Source: Candidatus Gilichinskyi gelida (lineage in GTDB: Bacteria > Acidobacteriota > Thermoanaerobaculia > Gp7-AA8). Taken from it: DNA of 64,000 nt. How positions within the stretch are numbered: the first letter of the stretch is position 1; each line of letters opens with the position of its first letter. The stretch spans positions 36,614 to 100,613 of the forward strand of contig JBBPII010000021.1 in assembly GCA_038040385.1 (NCBI GenBank). Reading direction: 5' to 3'. The notes under the pieces were generated by a model, which did not search any database, was not told where the DNA came from, and saw only the letters and a list, made by a program, of their open reading frames with translations. Made by a program: the position numbers and the translations under genes. Shown here one piece after another: positions 28,233 to 38,100 of the stretch.

Positions 28233-28290
28233 CAGTGTAGCGGCGCTCGCTTCGGGCGCCGGCGGCCGAAGCGGCCGCCGCTACACGTCT
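28233..28290. repeat. Family D hairpin element, copy D1 (coordinates approximate)
   Basis: gtgtagcggcgctcgcttcgggcgccggcggccgaagcggccgccgctacac: 11-bp outer stem GTGTAGCGGCG/CGCCGCTACAC with inner GC-rich stems. Confidence 0.7.
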
Positions 28291-28646
28291 TACGCACTAG
28301 GTATGAACTCCTCGTCGCCCTGCTGCTCGCGCTCCCATGTGAGGAACTCGTAGTAGCCGCACGTCGGGAACTCCGGGTACGACTTGCAGACGGCCGGACG
28401 CGCCTCGTACACCGTGCACCGGCGGGTCTTCAGGTCGAGGAACATGCAGGCGGTGTCGTAGATCTCGTCCTTCTTGTGCCGGAGGACCACTTCCCCGTCG
28501 ACGACCTTGGTGTAACGCTGCTCTGCGATCTCCAGGTCGACGCCGAAGTGCTTCGCCAGCCGGCTCAGGTCGCGCTTGGTAACGGCGATCGAATCGTAGC
28601 TGCAGCAGTACGCCGGGCACTTCGAGCAGTCGTAGCGGATTCGCAT
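28290..28646 (-). CDS. YkgJ-family CxxCxxCC putative Fe-S/zinc-binding protein
   Basis: [15 protein letters not shown]...[25 protein letters not shown]. The track ORF extends further N-terminally, to 28796. Confidence 0.6.
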   Translation of the reverse strand: MRIRYDCSKCPAYCCSYDSIAVTKRDLSRLAKHFGVDLEIAEQRYTKVVDGEVVLRHKKDEIYDTACMFLDLKTRRCTVYEARPAVCKSYPEFPTCGYYEFLTWEREQQGDEEFIPSA

Positions 28647-28852
28647 CCATGCAGTGTAGATGCGAACAGCGAGCCCGGCGGCATCCACCGTGCTCAGCAA
28701 ACGTTGCGCATGGATCGACCGGCGGTGCTGCGAGCCGTCGTCGGGCGGCTCGGGGATCTCCTCGACCGCGGCGCCGCGCGGCGGCGCTGCGAGCAAGGGA
28801 TCGAGGTGGTGTCGCTCGAGCCGCGAGCGCGGAGGCCGCGGCGGCGGAAGTA

Positions 28853-28908
28853 GTGTAGCGGCGGCCGCTTCGGCCGCCGGCGCCCGGGAGCGGGCGCCGC
28901 TACACAGT
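28853..28908. repeat. Family D hairpin element, copy D2 (inverted relative to D1; coordinates approximate)
   Basis: gtgtagcggcggccgcttcggccgccggcgcccgggagcgggcgccgctacac is the near-exact reverse complement of D1. Confidence 0.7.
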
Positions 28909-28910
28909 GG

Positions 28911-30305
28911 TCAGCCCGAGACCACCACCCGATTCCTCCCCGCGTCCTTCGCCGCGTACAGCGCGTCGTCGGCGAGGCGGATCAACGCTTCCGGCTCCTG
29001 GTCGCGGCGCGGGACGCAATGCGCGACGCCGACGCTGATGGTGGTCGCGCCGAGCTCCGCGACAGCCGCGCGCAGCGCCTCGGCCAGGTCGCGCGCGTGG
29101 TCGCGGCCGACACCCGCCACCAGTACCGCGAACTCCTCGCCGCCGTAGCGCGCCACCAGATCGCCGGCGCGGTGAAGGCGCTCGCGCAGGACGTCGGCGA
29201 CGCGACGCAGGCAATCATCGCCCGCCTGGTGGCCGTGCGCATCGTTGAAGGCCTTGAAGCCGTCGATGTCGATCATCATCAGCGTGAGCGGAGACTGCGA
29301 GCGCGCCGCGCGGCGCCACTCGAGATCGATGGCGTCGTCGAACTGCCGGCGGTTCGCGGCGCCGGTGAGCGGATCGGTGGTGGAGAGCCGGTGCAGCGTC
29401 TCGATCGCCCTGGCCAGGTGCGCGTTGGCCTCCTCGAGGTCGCGCGTGCGCCGGTCCACGAGCTCCTTCATCGACGCCAGATGGATCGCGCCGGCGACCT
29501 GGTCGGCGAACGACTCGAAGGCGAGAACGCTGGCCGGCGTGAAGACCTCATCCGAGCGACTCTCGATTCGGAACACGCCGAGGGCCTCGCCGCGGAAGCG
29601 GATGGGAACGACGAGATCGGCGCAGTCCTCGACGCTCACGCCGGCCTGCGCGGAGGTGGCGACGCCGTTGAGGCGGATCGCCACCAGCTCCACGGCAAAA
29701 CGCTCATGGACGTAGCGCACGATGCGCTGCAGCAGCTCGCCGAGGTCGGTCGCTTCGAGCGCGGTGCGGGAGACCTCGCTCATCATCTGCATCAGCGCGG
29801 CGCGGCGGCTGGTCTGCTCGAACAGGCGCGCGTTGGCGATCGCGCCGGCGATCTGCTCGGCAACCGTGGTCAACAGCGCAAGCTGATCGTGGAACGCGCC
29901 GGCGCGCGTGCTCTCCAGATTGAGGATCGCCACCAGCCGACCGGAGTGCATGACCGGAACGCAGAGCTCCGACATCGCGCCGCGCATGGTCTCGACGTAG
30001 TTCGGCCATTGGCGCACGTCGTCCAGCAGGATCGGACGCTCGGTCGCCGCTACTTCGCCCACCACGCCGCTGCCGAGCGGACGGCTGTAGCCGGCGTATA
30101 TCTCCGTCTCCGCCTCGGTGGTGACCGCCTCGCAGACGAATGCGGTGCGGTCGGCGTCGACCATCACCAGCGCCACGAACTCCCATCCGAACTTCTGGGC
30201 CAGCGCGTCGGTGATGCGCTGCATCATCGGGCGCAGCTCGAGATCGAGCGAGGCGATGCGCGCGATCTCGTTAATCGTCTCCAGGCGCTGCTGAAGCGCG
30301 TTCAT
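28911..30305 (-). CDS. GAF-GAF-GGDEF diguanylate cyclase
   Basis: C-terminal GGDEF: LTGAANRRQFD...ARYGGEEFAVLV (GGEEF). The start is MNALQQR (cat at 30303-30305). Confidence 0.85.
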   Translation of the reverse strand: MNALQQRLETINEIARIASLDLELRPMMQRITDALAQKFGWEFVALVMVDADRTAFVCEAVTTEAETEIYAGYSRPLGSGVVGEVAATERPILLDDVRQWPNYVETMRGAMSELCVPVMHSGRLVAILNLESTRAGAFHDQLALLTTVAEQIAGAIANARLFEQTSRRAALMQMMSEVSRTALEATDLGELLQRIVRYVHERFAVELVAIRLNGVATSAQAGVSVEDCADLVVPIRFRGEALGVFRIESRSDEVFTPASVLAFESFADQVAGAIHLASMKELVDRRTRDLEEANAHLARAIETLHRLSTTDPLTGAANRRQFDDAIDLEWRRAARSQSPLTLMMIDIDGFKAFNDAHGHQAGDDCLRRVADVLRERLHRAGDLVARYGGEEFAVLVAGVGRDHARDLAEALRAAVAELGATTISVGVAHCVPRRDQEPEALIRLADDALYAAKDAGRNRVVVSG

Positions 30306-30318
30306 GGGGTCACCGAGT

Positions 30319-31152
30319 CTACGCGCGCCGGGAGGTTGCGGACTTAAACGAATCCACCAGCGACGCCGCCTCGTCCGCAATGGCGGTGAAGTGCGCCCGC
30401 TCCGCGGCATCGAATGTGCGCGATTCACTGAAGGTCCAGCCGATCACGCCGGTCGCGCGATCGCCGGCGAGGATGGGAACCGCCGCCAGCGCGGAGGTTC
30501 CGTTTTGGCGCCAGATCGGGATGAGCAGCGGATACTCTTCCGCGGCCGCACTGCTGAGCGCCGACATCCAAACCGGCCGGCCGTGGCGCACTGCGGCGCA
30601 GATCGGGTACGGCGCGTCGGCATTCAGCGGAAAGAACGTGTCGAGCAGGCCGGGCGCGTAGCCGAACGCCGAGACGAGCTCGAGCGTATCGCCGCGACGG
30701 AGCAGGATCAGTCCCGACTTCGCGCCGCAAACGACCGAGCGGCGAACGAAGGTCTGCGCGAGGTCGGACGTCTGTGGCGTCTCGTGGCGCGCGACGCGCT
30801 CCTGCACCGTCGCGAGGAGCTCGGAGAGGTCGAATGGCTTGCGCAGCACTGCGACCGCCGGGTAGCGGCCCCGTACGTCGCGCAGATGCGCCTCGGTCGC
30901 CGAGGAGATGACCACGATGCGTTCCAGCAGCGCGGGGCGGCGGGCGGCGACGTCGGCGAGCACATCGCCGCCGGTGCGGCCGGGGATCAGGAGGTCGAGC
31001 ACGACGGCGGAGTAGTCGACGCGCTCCAGCAGCAGCAGCGCGTCGTTGCCGGTGGCGACCGCGTCGGGTTCGAAGGACTCGCGGCGCAGGAAGATTTCGA
31101 GGAGGCGGCGCGTACCCGAGTCGTTCTCGACGACAAGTAAAAGCGGCTTCAT
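30319..31152 (-). CDS. response regulator (REC) with a C-terminal GAF domain
   Basis: MKPLLLVVENDSGTRRLL...VVLDLLIP...LRKPF, then a GAF-like region. Confidence 0.8.
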   Translation of the reverse strand: MKPLLLVVENDSGTRRLLEIFLRRESFEPDAVATGNDALLLLERVDYSAVVLDLLIPGRTGGDVLADVAARRPALLERIVVISSATEAHLRDVRGRYPAVAVLRKPFDLSELLATVQERVARHETPQTSDLAQTFVRRSVVCGAKSGLILLRRGDTLELVSAFGYAPGLLDTFFPLNADAPYPICAAVRHGRPVWMSALSSAAAEEYPLLIPIWRQNGTSALAAVPILAGDRATGVIGWTFSESRTFDAAERAHFTAIADEAASLVDSFKSATSRRA

Positions 31153-31201
31153 TTGACCGGGTTGGACCCTGGGCAGGATATGCCAGGCCGGAGAGCCGGG
31201 G

Positions 31202-31444
31202 CTAATCCGTCAACTGCTTCATCAGCTCGTTGACTTGATCGTAGACCCGGCGCACCGACGGCTCCACGCTGCTCAGGTGCCTGACGACCCTGGGGTCCTG
31301 GCGGAGCATGTCGAGGATCATGTCGCTGGCGAACATGATGTCGGCCAGTTTGTCGACGACCCGCTCCTGCAGAGGCAGCCGCTGCTCGGTGAAAATGTCC
31401 ACGCTCATCATGTCGGTATAAACGTCCAGTTCCATCATGGGCAA
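31202..31444 (-). CDS. small acidic hypothetical protein (80 aa)
   Basis: Intact ORF directly upstream of the REC-GAF gene. No recognisable domain. Confidence 0.3.
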   Translation of the reverse strand: MPMMELDVYTDMMSVDIFTEQRLPLQERVVDKLADIMFASDMILDMLRQDPRVVRHLSSVEPSVRRVYDQVNELMKQLTD

Positions 31445-31560
31445 TATGTCGCTCTGTCTAGGGGTGATTTATCTCCCGAAATCCCTACCCTCTTTGCGAA
31501 AAAAAGTTGTTGACAATTACTTTCACCGAACGTTTACGAAGTGGGAGGTATGGATTTGCC
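31445..31560. promoter_or_regulatory. AT-rich divergent intergenic region with a TTGACA -35-like box
   Basis: The only AT-rich stretch locally: ...aaaaaaagttgTTGACAattactttcaccgaacgtttacg. It lies between divergent genes. The promoter assignment is inferred. Confidence 0.3.
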
Positions 31561-31637
31561 CCGCTGCCGACACTCCGTAGGTGAGGGGTCTTCCCACCCG
31601 CGGATTCTCACGCCCGCCGACGCTGTTCTCAGGCCCC

Positions 31638-33308
31638 ATGCGTCGACTGCTTCCCGTCTCTCTCTTCCTTGCCGCGCTGCCGCTCGTCGCGGCGGACGTC
31701 CCCGCGCCGCTGTCGCGCGGCATGAAGGCGTTCAGCAAGACGGCGCTCGCTGCGCACGACCGCTTCCTCGCCAGCGATCTGCTCGAAGGCCGCGGCCCCG
31801 GCACCCGCGGCGATCGCCTGGCGCAGGAGTACATCGCCGCGCAGTTCGAGTCGTACGGCCTCGATCCGGCCGGCGACAACGGAACCTACTTCCAGCGCGT
31901 CCCGCTCCTCGGGTTGACTACTGATCGGGAGAAGACCTCACTCGCGTTCACCAAAGACGGCGCGCCGGTCATCGGTCCGCTGAAGATCGAAGAGGAGTAC
32001 GTCGGCCAGAACAAGTCGCAAGTGGAGACCGACGCGCTCGACTCCGAGGTCGTCTTCGTCGGCCACGGCGTCGTCGCACCCGAGTACCGCTGGGACGACT
32101 ACAAAGACCTCGACACGCGCGGAAAGACCCTGGTGATGCTGGTCGACGATCCGCCCGCCAGCGCGCAGGAGCCCGACCTGTTCAAGGGGAAGGCGCGCAC
32201 GTACTACGGCCGCTGGACCTATAAGTACGAGATCGGCGCGGCGAAGAACGCCGCGGGCGTCATCCTCATCCACACCACCGACGCCGCCGGCTACGGCTGG
32301 CAGGTGGTGTCGAATTCGTGGGGCGGCGAGAACTCGTTCACCAGGAACAAGCCCGGTGCGCCCGCGCTGCACTTCGCCGGCTGGATGACCGAGACGATCG
32401 CGCGCGACCTGTTCAAGCAGGCCGGGCTCGACCTCGGCGCGATGACCAAGGCCGCTGCATCGCGCGACTTCAAGCCGGTATCGCTCGGCGTGAAGTTCAG
32501 CGGCATCATCGCCACGAAGGTCCGCCCCTTCGACACGGCCAACGTCGTGGCCAAGATTCGCGGCAGCGATGCGAAGCTGCGCGACGAGGCCGTGCTCTTT
32601 TCCGCGCACCACGATCACCTCGGGATCGGGAAGCCCGACGCCACCGGCGACGCCATCTACAACGGCGCGATCGACAACGCCTCCGGCTGCGCGATCCTGC
32701 TGGAGATGGCGCGCGTCTGGAGCGAGACGAAGCCGGCGCCCAAGCGCTCCATCCTCTTCGCCGCCGTCGCCGCCGAGGAGCAGGGCCTCCTCGGATCGGA
32801 GTACCTCGGCCAGAATCCGCCCATCCCCGCCGGACGCATCGCGCTGGGGCTCAACTACGACGCAGTTCCGGAGCTCGGCCGGGTCCGCGACGTCGACATG
32901 AACGGCATCGAGCGCACCACGTTCTATCCGACGGCGCAGCGCATCGCCAAGGCCCTCGGCCTGACCATCGTTCCCGACCCCGAGCCGGAGCAGGGCAGCT
33001 ACTACCGCTCCGACCACTTCAGCTTCGGCAAAGTAGGCATTCCGGCCGTCTCCATCGACGCGGGACAGGACGTCATCGGCAAGGGGAAGGCTTGGGGCGC
33101 GAAGCAGTCGGATGACTACCGCGAGAACCGCTATCACCAGCCGAGCGACGAATTCGATCCGAAATGGGATTGGGCGGAGGCCGTGCAGATGGCGCAGCTC
33201 GGCTACTGGCTGGGGTGGGAGGCGGCGAACGCCGCGTCGATGCCGAACTGGAAGCCGGGCGATGAGTTTCGCGGGATCCGCGACCGGAGCGTGGCGGCGG
33301 CGCGATAA
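31638..33308 (+). CDS. M28-family zinc aminopeptidase with a PA domain
   Basis: Signal peptide MRRLLPVSLFLAALPLVAA...FSAHHDHLG...NGAIDNASG...AAEEQGLLGS...YYRSDHFSF (M28 metal ligands). Confidence 0.85.
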   Translation: MRRLLPVSLFLAALPLVAADVPAPLSRGMKAFSKTALAAHDRFLASDLLEGRGPGTRGDRLAQEYIAAQFESYGLDPAGDNGTYFQRVPLLGLTTDREKTSLAFTKDGAPVIGPLKIEEEYVGQNKSQVETDALDSEVVFVGHGVVAPEYRWDDYKDLDTRGKTLVMLVDDPPASAQEPDLFKGKARTYYGRWTYKYEIGAAKNAAGVILIHTTDAAGYGWQVVSNSWGGENSFTRNKPGAPALHFAGWMTETIARDLFKQAGLDLGAMTKAAASRDFKPVSLGVKFSGIIATKVRPFDTANVVAKIRGSDAKLRDEAVLFSAHHDHLGIGKPDATGDAIYNGAIDNASGCAILLEMARVWSETKPAPKRSILFAAVAAEEQGLLGSEYLGQNPPIPAGRIALGLNYDAVPELGRVRDVDMNGIERTTFYPTAQRIAKALGLTIVPDPEPEQGSYYRSDHFSFGKVGIPAVSIDAGQDVIGKGKAWGAKQSDDYRENRYHQPSDEFDPKWDWAEAVQMAQLGYWLGWEAANAASMPNWKPGDEFRGIRDRSVAAAR

Positions 33309-33384
33309 AACAGGAGTGCGGCTCCCCGACGCCGCCTTGCCGCACGTTTCACGGCGGCGGCGGGGCTACCGCACTCCATCCCTG

Positions 33385-34896
33385 CTACTGGTTGGCCGCG
33401 ACCCCCGAATCCTCCTGCGCGACGACCACGAAGGAATCGGCGGACACGTTGTCGTTGACCGCCGCGTAGACGTCGATCGGCGCGCTCGAGTCGAACGTCA
33501 GCGTCAATTTCCCCTGGCTCGTCAGGTCGGCGCCCGAGAAATACGTTCCGATCGAGTTCTGCTGGTGGCTGAGCGCCGCGAAATTCTGCGTGCTCGTGGC
33601 GACCAGGGCGCCCGTCTCGTTGCGCAGCTCGAGGCGCACCGTCACCGCGGCGCTGTTCGGATTGAAGAAGCCGACGTTGGTGCGGAAGTCGGCGTTGTTG
33701 GAGAGCTGCGGCAGCACACCGCGGCGCAGGGCGGCGGCGCGGGCGACACCCGGCAGGAACTGGCCGAAGGTGCCCTTCCCGGCCGAGCGCTGGTCGGAGA
33801 AGATGCGCGAGCTGGCGTTGATGGCGTTCGCGCTGGAGACGCGGATGGCGCCGATGCCGGCCGCGGCGTTCAAACCGGTGCTGCCGGTGACGTCGTCGAG
33901 GGTCGCCGTGCCGCGCGCCGGGATGTTGACCACCATGGTGTTCGTGGCGTTCGTATTGGCCGTGGTGCCGGCCGGGAAGTACTCGAGCAGCGCGGTGGTC
34001 GCCGCGTCGTACGACGGGTTGAAGACCCGGACGTCGGTGACGAACGTGCCGACCTTACCGGCCACGCCGAGGTCGACTTCCTTCGCCGCGGTGAGCTGTC
34101 CGCGAATCTCGCCGCCGCCGAAGGCGGTGGAGTGGACGTTGACGTAGAAATTCTGCGGAGAGTTTATGAGGTCATTCAGTTGGGTTGGAGTGAGACTGGC
34201 GATTGATATCGTCCCCTTCGTTCGTCCGCCCGTGATCTGAGAAGCGCCCGACGCAAAAGTGATGAGCGGGCTGCCGTTCACTCCCGCCACCCCCGGATGA
34301 ATGTGGGCCAGCGTCGGACTGGCGATGCCGCTGGTCGTCACTTCCCACGTCAGCGTGTTCGCGACCGTGTCGAAGCTCACGAACGCCGACCCGAACGCCG
34401 TGCTGGAGTTCGGCGGCACTTCATTCGAGCCCTTCAGCTCCGCCGCGTAGTTGATGACCGAGCCGCTGATCAGCGCTAGCTGTCCGCGTATGGCCCCGCC
34501 GGGGAACTGTGTCGTGTGGACGTTCGCGTAGAAGCCGGCCGGATTCGCGACGATGCGCGCCGCGACCGCGGGATCGATCGGAAACGTACCAGTCAGCTTG
34601 CCGCCGGTGAACGTGCCGCCGAGACCCTGCACGTTGAGAACGATCGAACCGTTCGCTCCCGCCTCTTTTTCGTGGATGTGATAACCGGAGATCGGCGCGC
34701 CGAGGTTGGCGACGGTCCAGTTGATGGTGACGTTCGCGCGGGTCGCGTCGAATGTCATCGTAAAGTTGCCGAACCCTTGCGACGTGGTGGGGGGAACTTC
34801 CTGCGAAGGCGTGAGAACTGCTCCGTAGGTTTGTGCGAGTGCCGTACCGGCGGGAAGAAGCAACAGAAACACGAAGGCGATAAGCGTGCGGCGCAT
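33385..34896 (-). CDS. secreted CHRD-domain protein (repeated CHRD modules)
   Basis: Signal peptide. Repeated modules of the form L(T/K)xSxEVPP...HIH....GxNGS... Confidence 0.7.
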   Translation of the reverse strand: MRRTLIAFVFLLLLPAGTALAQTYGAVLTPSQEVPPTTSQGFGNFTMTFDATRANVTINWTVANLGAPISGYHIHEKEAGANGSIVLNVQGLGGTFTGGKLTGTFPIDPAVAARIVANPAGFYANVHTTQFPGGAIRGQLALISGSVINYAAELKGSNEVPPNSSTAFGSAFVSFDTVANTLTWEVTTSGIASPTLAHIHPGVAGVNGSPLITFASGASQITGGRTKGTISIASLTPTQLNDLINSPQNFYVNVHSTAFGGGEIRGQLTAAKEVDLGVAGKVGTFVTDVRVFNPSYDAATTALLEYFPAGTTANTNATNTMVVNIPARGTATLDDVTGSTGLNAAAGIGAIRVSSANAINASSRIFSDQRSAGKGTFGQFLPGVARAAALRRGVLPQLSNNADFRTNVGFFNPNSAAVTVRLELRNETGALVATSTQNFAALSHQQNSIGTYFSGADLTSQGKLTLTFDSSAPIDVYAAVNDNVSADSFVVVAQEDSGVAANQ

Positions 34897-34961
34897 AAAA
34901 TCCTCCTCCTGAACTCAATCAGGGGAGCAATTTGCACCCGTTTTCCGAGTTTGGCAAGGGG

Positions 34962-35918
34962 TTAGCTGGAAATTACTGCCGGGCTCCTGCTTGGCCGCGG
35001 CGCCACCGCCGCGCGCATCGCCATCTCCGCCGCCCCCTCGACCGGCGTGTGGCGCGGCGGCGCGATCTGCGCTTCGGGCGCCTCGAGCAGGATCGCATTG
35101 CGCATCGGCTCGAGCAGGACGTCGCCCGCCCGGAACGCGCCGCCGACGTACGCCACCGGGAAGACGCTCTTGCTCAGCTTCAGGCGCCGGGCCACGGCGA
35201 GAACGGCCGAGGCGAGCTCCCGGCCGGCGCGGTCGAGGATGGTCATCGCCGTCTCGTCGCCGTCCTGCGCCGCCTCGATCACCATTCTCCCGAAGCGGGC
35301 GATGTCGTCGGTCTGCGTGGTCTGCGCATAGACGTATGGTGGCAGGTCCTCCGGCTTCATGTCGTAGCGCTCTTTGAGCGACTCGGTCATCTTCGTTGCC
35401 GGGCCGCGCCCGTCGTGCGCGCGGAGGATGGCCGCCAGTCCGGCGCGCGCGATGCCGTACCCGCTCCCCTCGTCGCCGATGATCGGCCCCCATCCCCCCG
35501 CCCGCGCCTCCGCCCCTTCCGCATTCCGCCCGTAAGCCACCGAGCCGGTACCGGCGATGACCACCACCCCGCCGCCGAAGCCGATCGCGCCGGTCAGCGC
35601 GATGCGCGCGTCGTTGTCGACGGTGAAGTTGCCGCGCGGGAAGAAGATGCTGAGCGAGTCGACCACTTCCTGGCGGTGGGCGGGGTGGTCGGCGCCGGCG
35701 ATGCCGCAGTAGGCCCAGTGGATCTCGCGGCTGGCGACGTCGGCGGCGACGAGCGCCTTGTTGACCGCGCGCTCGATGTTGCGCGCCGCGGTCTCGATGC
35801 CGACGCGGAGGTGATTCGACGGACCCGCGGCGCCGTTGCCGAGCGATTTGCCGCTTTCGTCGATGACCAGCGCGGCCGTTTTCGAAGCCCCGCCGTCGAC
35901 GCCCAGGAAGTACTTCAT
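34962..35918 (-). CDS. BadF/BadG/BcrA/BcrD-type ATPase (N-acetylglucosamine kinase-like)
   Basis: MKYFLGVDGGASKTA...CGIAGAD...IAGTGSVAYG...GGWGPIIGDEGSGY. Confidence 0.8.
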   Translation of the reverse strand: MKYFLGVDGGASKTAALVIDESGKSLGNGAAGPSNHLRVGIETAARNIERAVNKALVAADVASREIHWAYCGIAGADHPAHRQEVVDSLSIFFPRGNFTVDNDARIALTGAIGFGGGVVVIAGTGSVAYGRNAEGAEARAGGWGPIIGDEGSGYGIARAGLAAILRAHDGRGPATKMTESLKERYDMKPEDLPPYVYAQTTQTDDIARFGRMVIEAAQDGDETAMTILDRAGRELASAVLAVARRLKLSKSVFPVAYVGGAFRAGDVLLEPMRNAILLEAPEAQIAPPRHTPVEGAAEMAMRAAVAPRPSRSPAVISS

Positions 35919-35950
35919 GGGCGGTGATTATGCTGTAACCTCGCCATCCG

Positions 35951-36727
35951 ATGGCCGCCGAGCAGCCTGCCGACCTGCACATCCCCCCAAAGCCGCGCGA
36001 GGCACTCGAGGACCGCAAGCTCCTCGACCGCCCCAGCCGCGACGAGATGCTGCAGAGCGAGTCGTGGCGGGTGCTGCGCATCACCAGCGAGTTCGTGGCC
36101 GGCATCGACCACCTCACCGGCGTTTATCCGGCGGTGTCCATCTTTGGCTCGGCGCGGACGCAGCTCTCCAATCGCTACTACGCCGAGGCGGTGAAGACCG
36201 CCGAGCTGATCGGCCGCGCCGGATTCGCCATCATCACCGGCGGCGGCCCCGGCATCATGGAAGCCGCCAACCAGGGCGCCAAGCGCGCCGGCGCGCTGTC
36301 GATCGGCTGCAACATCGAGCTGCCGTTCGAGCAGCGCATCAATCCGTACGTCGACCGCTCCATGACCTTCCGCTACTTCTTCGTCCGGAAGACGATGTTC
36401 ATCAAGTACTCCGAGGCCTTCATTACCTTCCCAGGCGGCTTCGGCACGCTCGACGAGCTGATGGGCGCGCTCACGCTGATCCAGACCAAGAAGATCACCA
36501 ACTTCCCGGTGATCCTCTACGGCAGCGAATACTGGGCCGGGATGATCGAGTGGATGCGCAAGACCGTGCTGGCCGAGAACAACATCAAGCAGGAGGACGT
36601 CGACAGCATTCACATGGTCGACGATCCGGAGAAGGTGCGCGACATCGTGGTGGCCTTTCACGATCAGGCCATGCGGAGCAACGGGGATGAGGGGGATGCG
36701 CGCCCAAGCGCGGCGCGGTCCGATTAG
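35951..36727 (+). CDS. LOG-family cytokinin riboside 5'-monophosphate phosphoribohydrolase-like protein (TIGR00730)
   Basis: SIFGSAR...IITGGGPGIMEAANQGA...PGGFGTLDEL. Confidence 0.85.
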   Translation: MAAEQPADLHIPPKPREALEDRKLLDRPSRDEMLQSESWRVLRITSEFVAGIDHLTGVYPAVSIFGSARTQLSNRYYAEAVKTAELIGRAGFAIITGGGPGIMEAANQGAKRAGALSIGCNIELPFEQRINPYVDRSMTFRYFFVRKTMFIKYSEAFITFPGGFGTLDELMGALTLIQTKKITNFPVILYGSEYWAGMIEWMRKTVLAENNIKQEDVDSIHMVDDPEKVRDIVVAFHDQAMRSNGDEGDARPSAARSD

Positions 36728-36834
36728 AGGGCGCTCAACAGTTGCCGTCGGGGCGGTGGGGGCGCGTGTAGGTGGTCATCTGCGGGAGCATAGTCGACAT
36801 CCTCATCTGGGGTCAATTCAACCGCAATGCCCGG

Positions 36835-38100
36835 TCACGGTTTGTAATCTTTCATTTTACGTAGGTAGTCCTCGTAGAGTTCCGCGATTCTCTTGAGCGA
36901 CTCTGACTTCGAGGTGCTCAGCGCCTTCATATCATCGGTTCTTGCCTCCAGATCGGACAAGTCTGAACCATACCAGAAGCGCAACGTGAGATTCACTTCA
37001 TAGGCGATGATGTCGGCAAGCAGGCTGAGCGGGATTAGTGCCGTCTCCATCTCTCCGTTAGGCATTTTTTTCCAGTCGATCAGTCCTTGGCGCACCTTCC
37101 TCACTGCGTCAACCTTGATCCCGTTGCGATTGAACACGTGAAGTTCCGTGTAACGACCCACCGAGTCCTTCGCTTCTCCCAGAAGCAGGCGGTCGACGTG
37201 CGGATGGAGCGCGGTCAAGAACGCGTCCTCGCAATCGGCGACGAGTTGCTCACCTGGCTGCGACCTCAAGTAGAAGCCGCCGACTCGCTCGTAGAGAATG
37301 CGGGATCGTTTTCGGAACAGCAGAAGCTGGAACGTGATTCGGTTGAAAGAATCGGGGTTATTGACGTCCGCGGCCTTGAACGCCGCGGCGGTTTCGGCCG
37401 CTGCAGAGAAGTACGGCATGTAGTATTGCCCCGTGTAATCGTGAATCTTCGGGACCATGAGATTCCACGAAGCAGTCTTCTCCGAGTCGCGTTGTTGCCG
37501 GGTGATCAGGAAGGTCATCGCCAGCAGCATGAACGGCAGGACGAAATCCTTCAGATGGCCGACAACCGCTTTGCTCACCGAGTAAATGCGCGGCTCGGTC
37601 GCGCTGCGCACCGTGATTGGCCCGAGCGAGAAAGGCTGCTGATGCGTCACGTTACCGGTTAGCCATTCGAATTCTGCGGTCGCCAGGAACCGCTGCGGCG
37701 TCATGCTGGCAGTCAGCGGTCCGCGAGGGCGGAAGAAGAGGATCTGTCGTGCACCGAGTGGCTGCCCTGTCTTGGGCTCGAACTCCGCCGGCTGGAAGCC
37801 GCTTGCGGTCCATTTGCGGAGCCGAAGGTCGGTGATCGGGACATCGCCGGCGTTCTGGACCACGAACCAGCAGTCGACATTTTTCTGCCCCGGTTCCACG
37901 CGGTCGGCGCTGATGTGTCCTTGAATCCGAACGGCTTCGTCGGTGCCTCCTCCGACTGCTCTATCGACGGGATTCCCCGCCGCCTCATGTTCGTACCATG
38001 CCGCGAATATGCCGATGACAAGCGCGGCTAGGCTGACCGCGAGCAACACTGCGGCCAGGACTATCAGGATCTTGACCCACCACGATTGAGGTCTCCTCAT
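36835..38100 (-). CDS. hypothetical membrane protein (N-terminal TM, central TM, low GC)
   Basis: The start MRRPQSWWVKILIVLAAVLL (cat at 38098-38100) overlaps the CNNM gene stop (ATGA). GC is markedly lower than its surroundings. This is the C-terminal part of track ORF 36835..39207. Confidence 0.55.
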   Translation of the reverse strand: MRRPQSWWVKILIVLAAVLLAVSLAALVIGIFAAWYEHEAAGNPVDRAVGGGTDEAVRIQGHISADRVEPGQKNVDCWFVVQNAGDVPITDLRLRKWTASGFQPAEFEPKTGQPLGARQILFFRPRGPLTASMTPQRFLATAEFEWLTGNVTHQQPFSLGPITVRSATEPRIYSVSKAVVGHLKDFVLPFMLLAMTFLITRQQRDSEKTASWNLMVPKIHDYTGQYYMPYFSAAAETAAAFKAADVNNPDSFNRITFQLLLFRKRSRILYERVGGFYLRSQPGEQLVADCEDAFLTALHPHVDRLLLGEAKDSVGRYTELHVFNRNGIKVDAVRKVRQGLIDWKKMPNGEMETALIPLSLLADIIAYEVNLTLRFWYGSDLSDLEARTDDMKALSTSKSESLKRIAELYEDYLRKMKDYKP

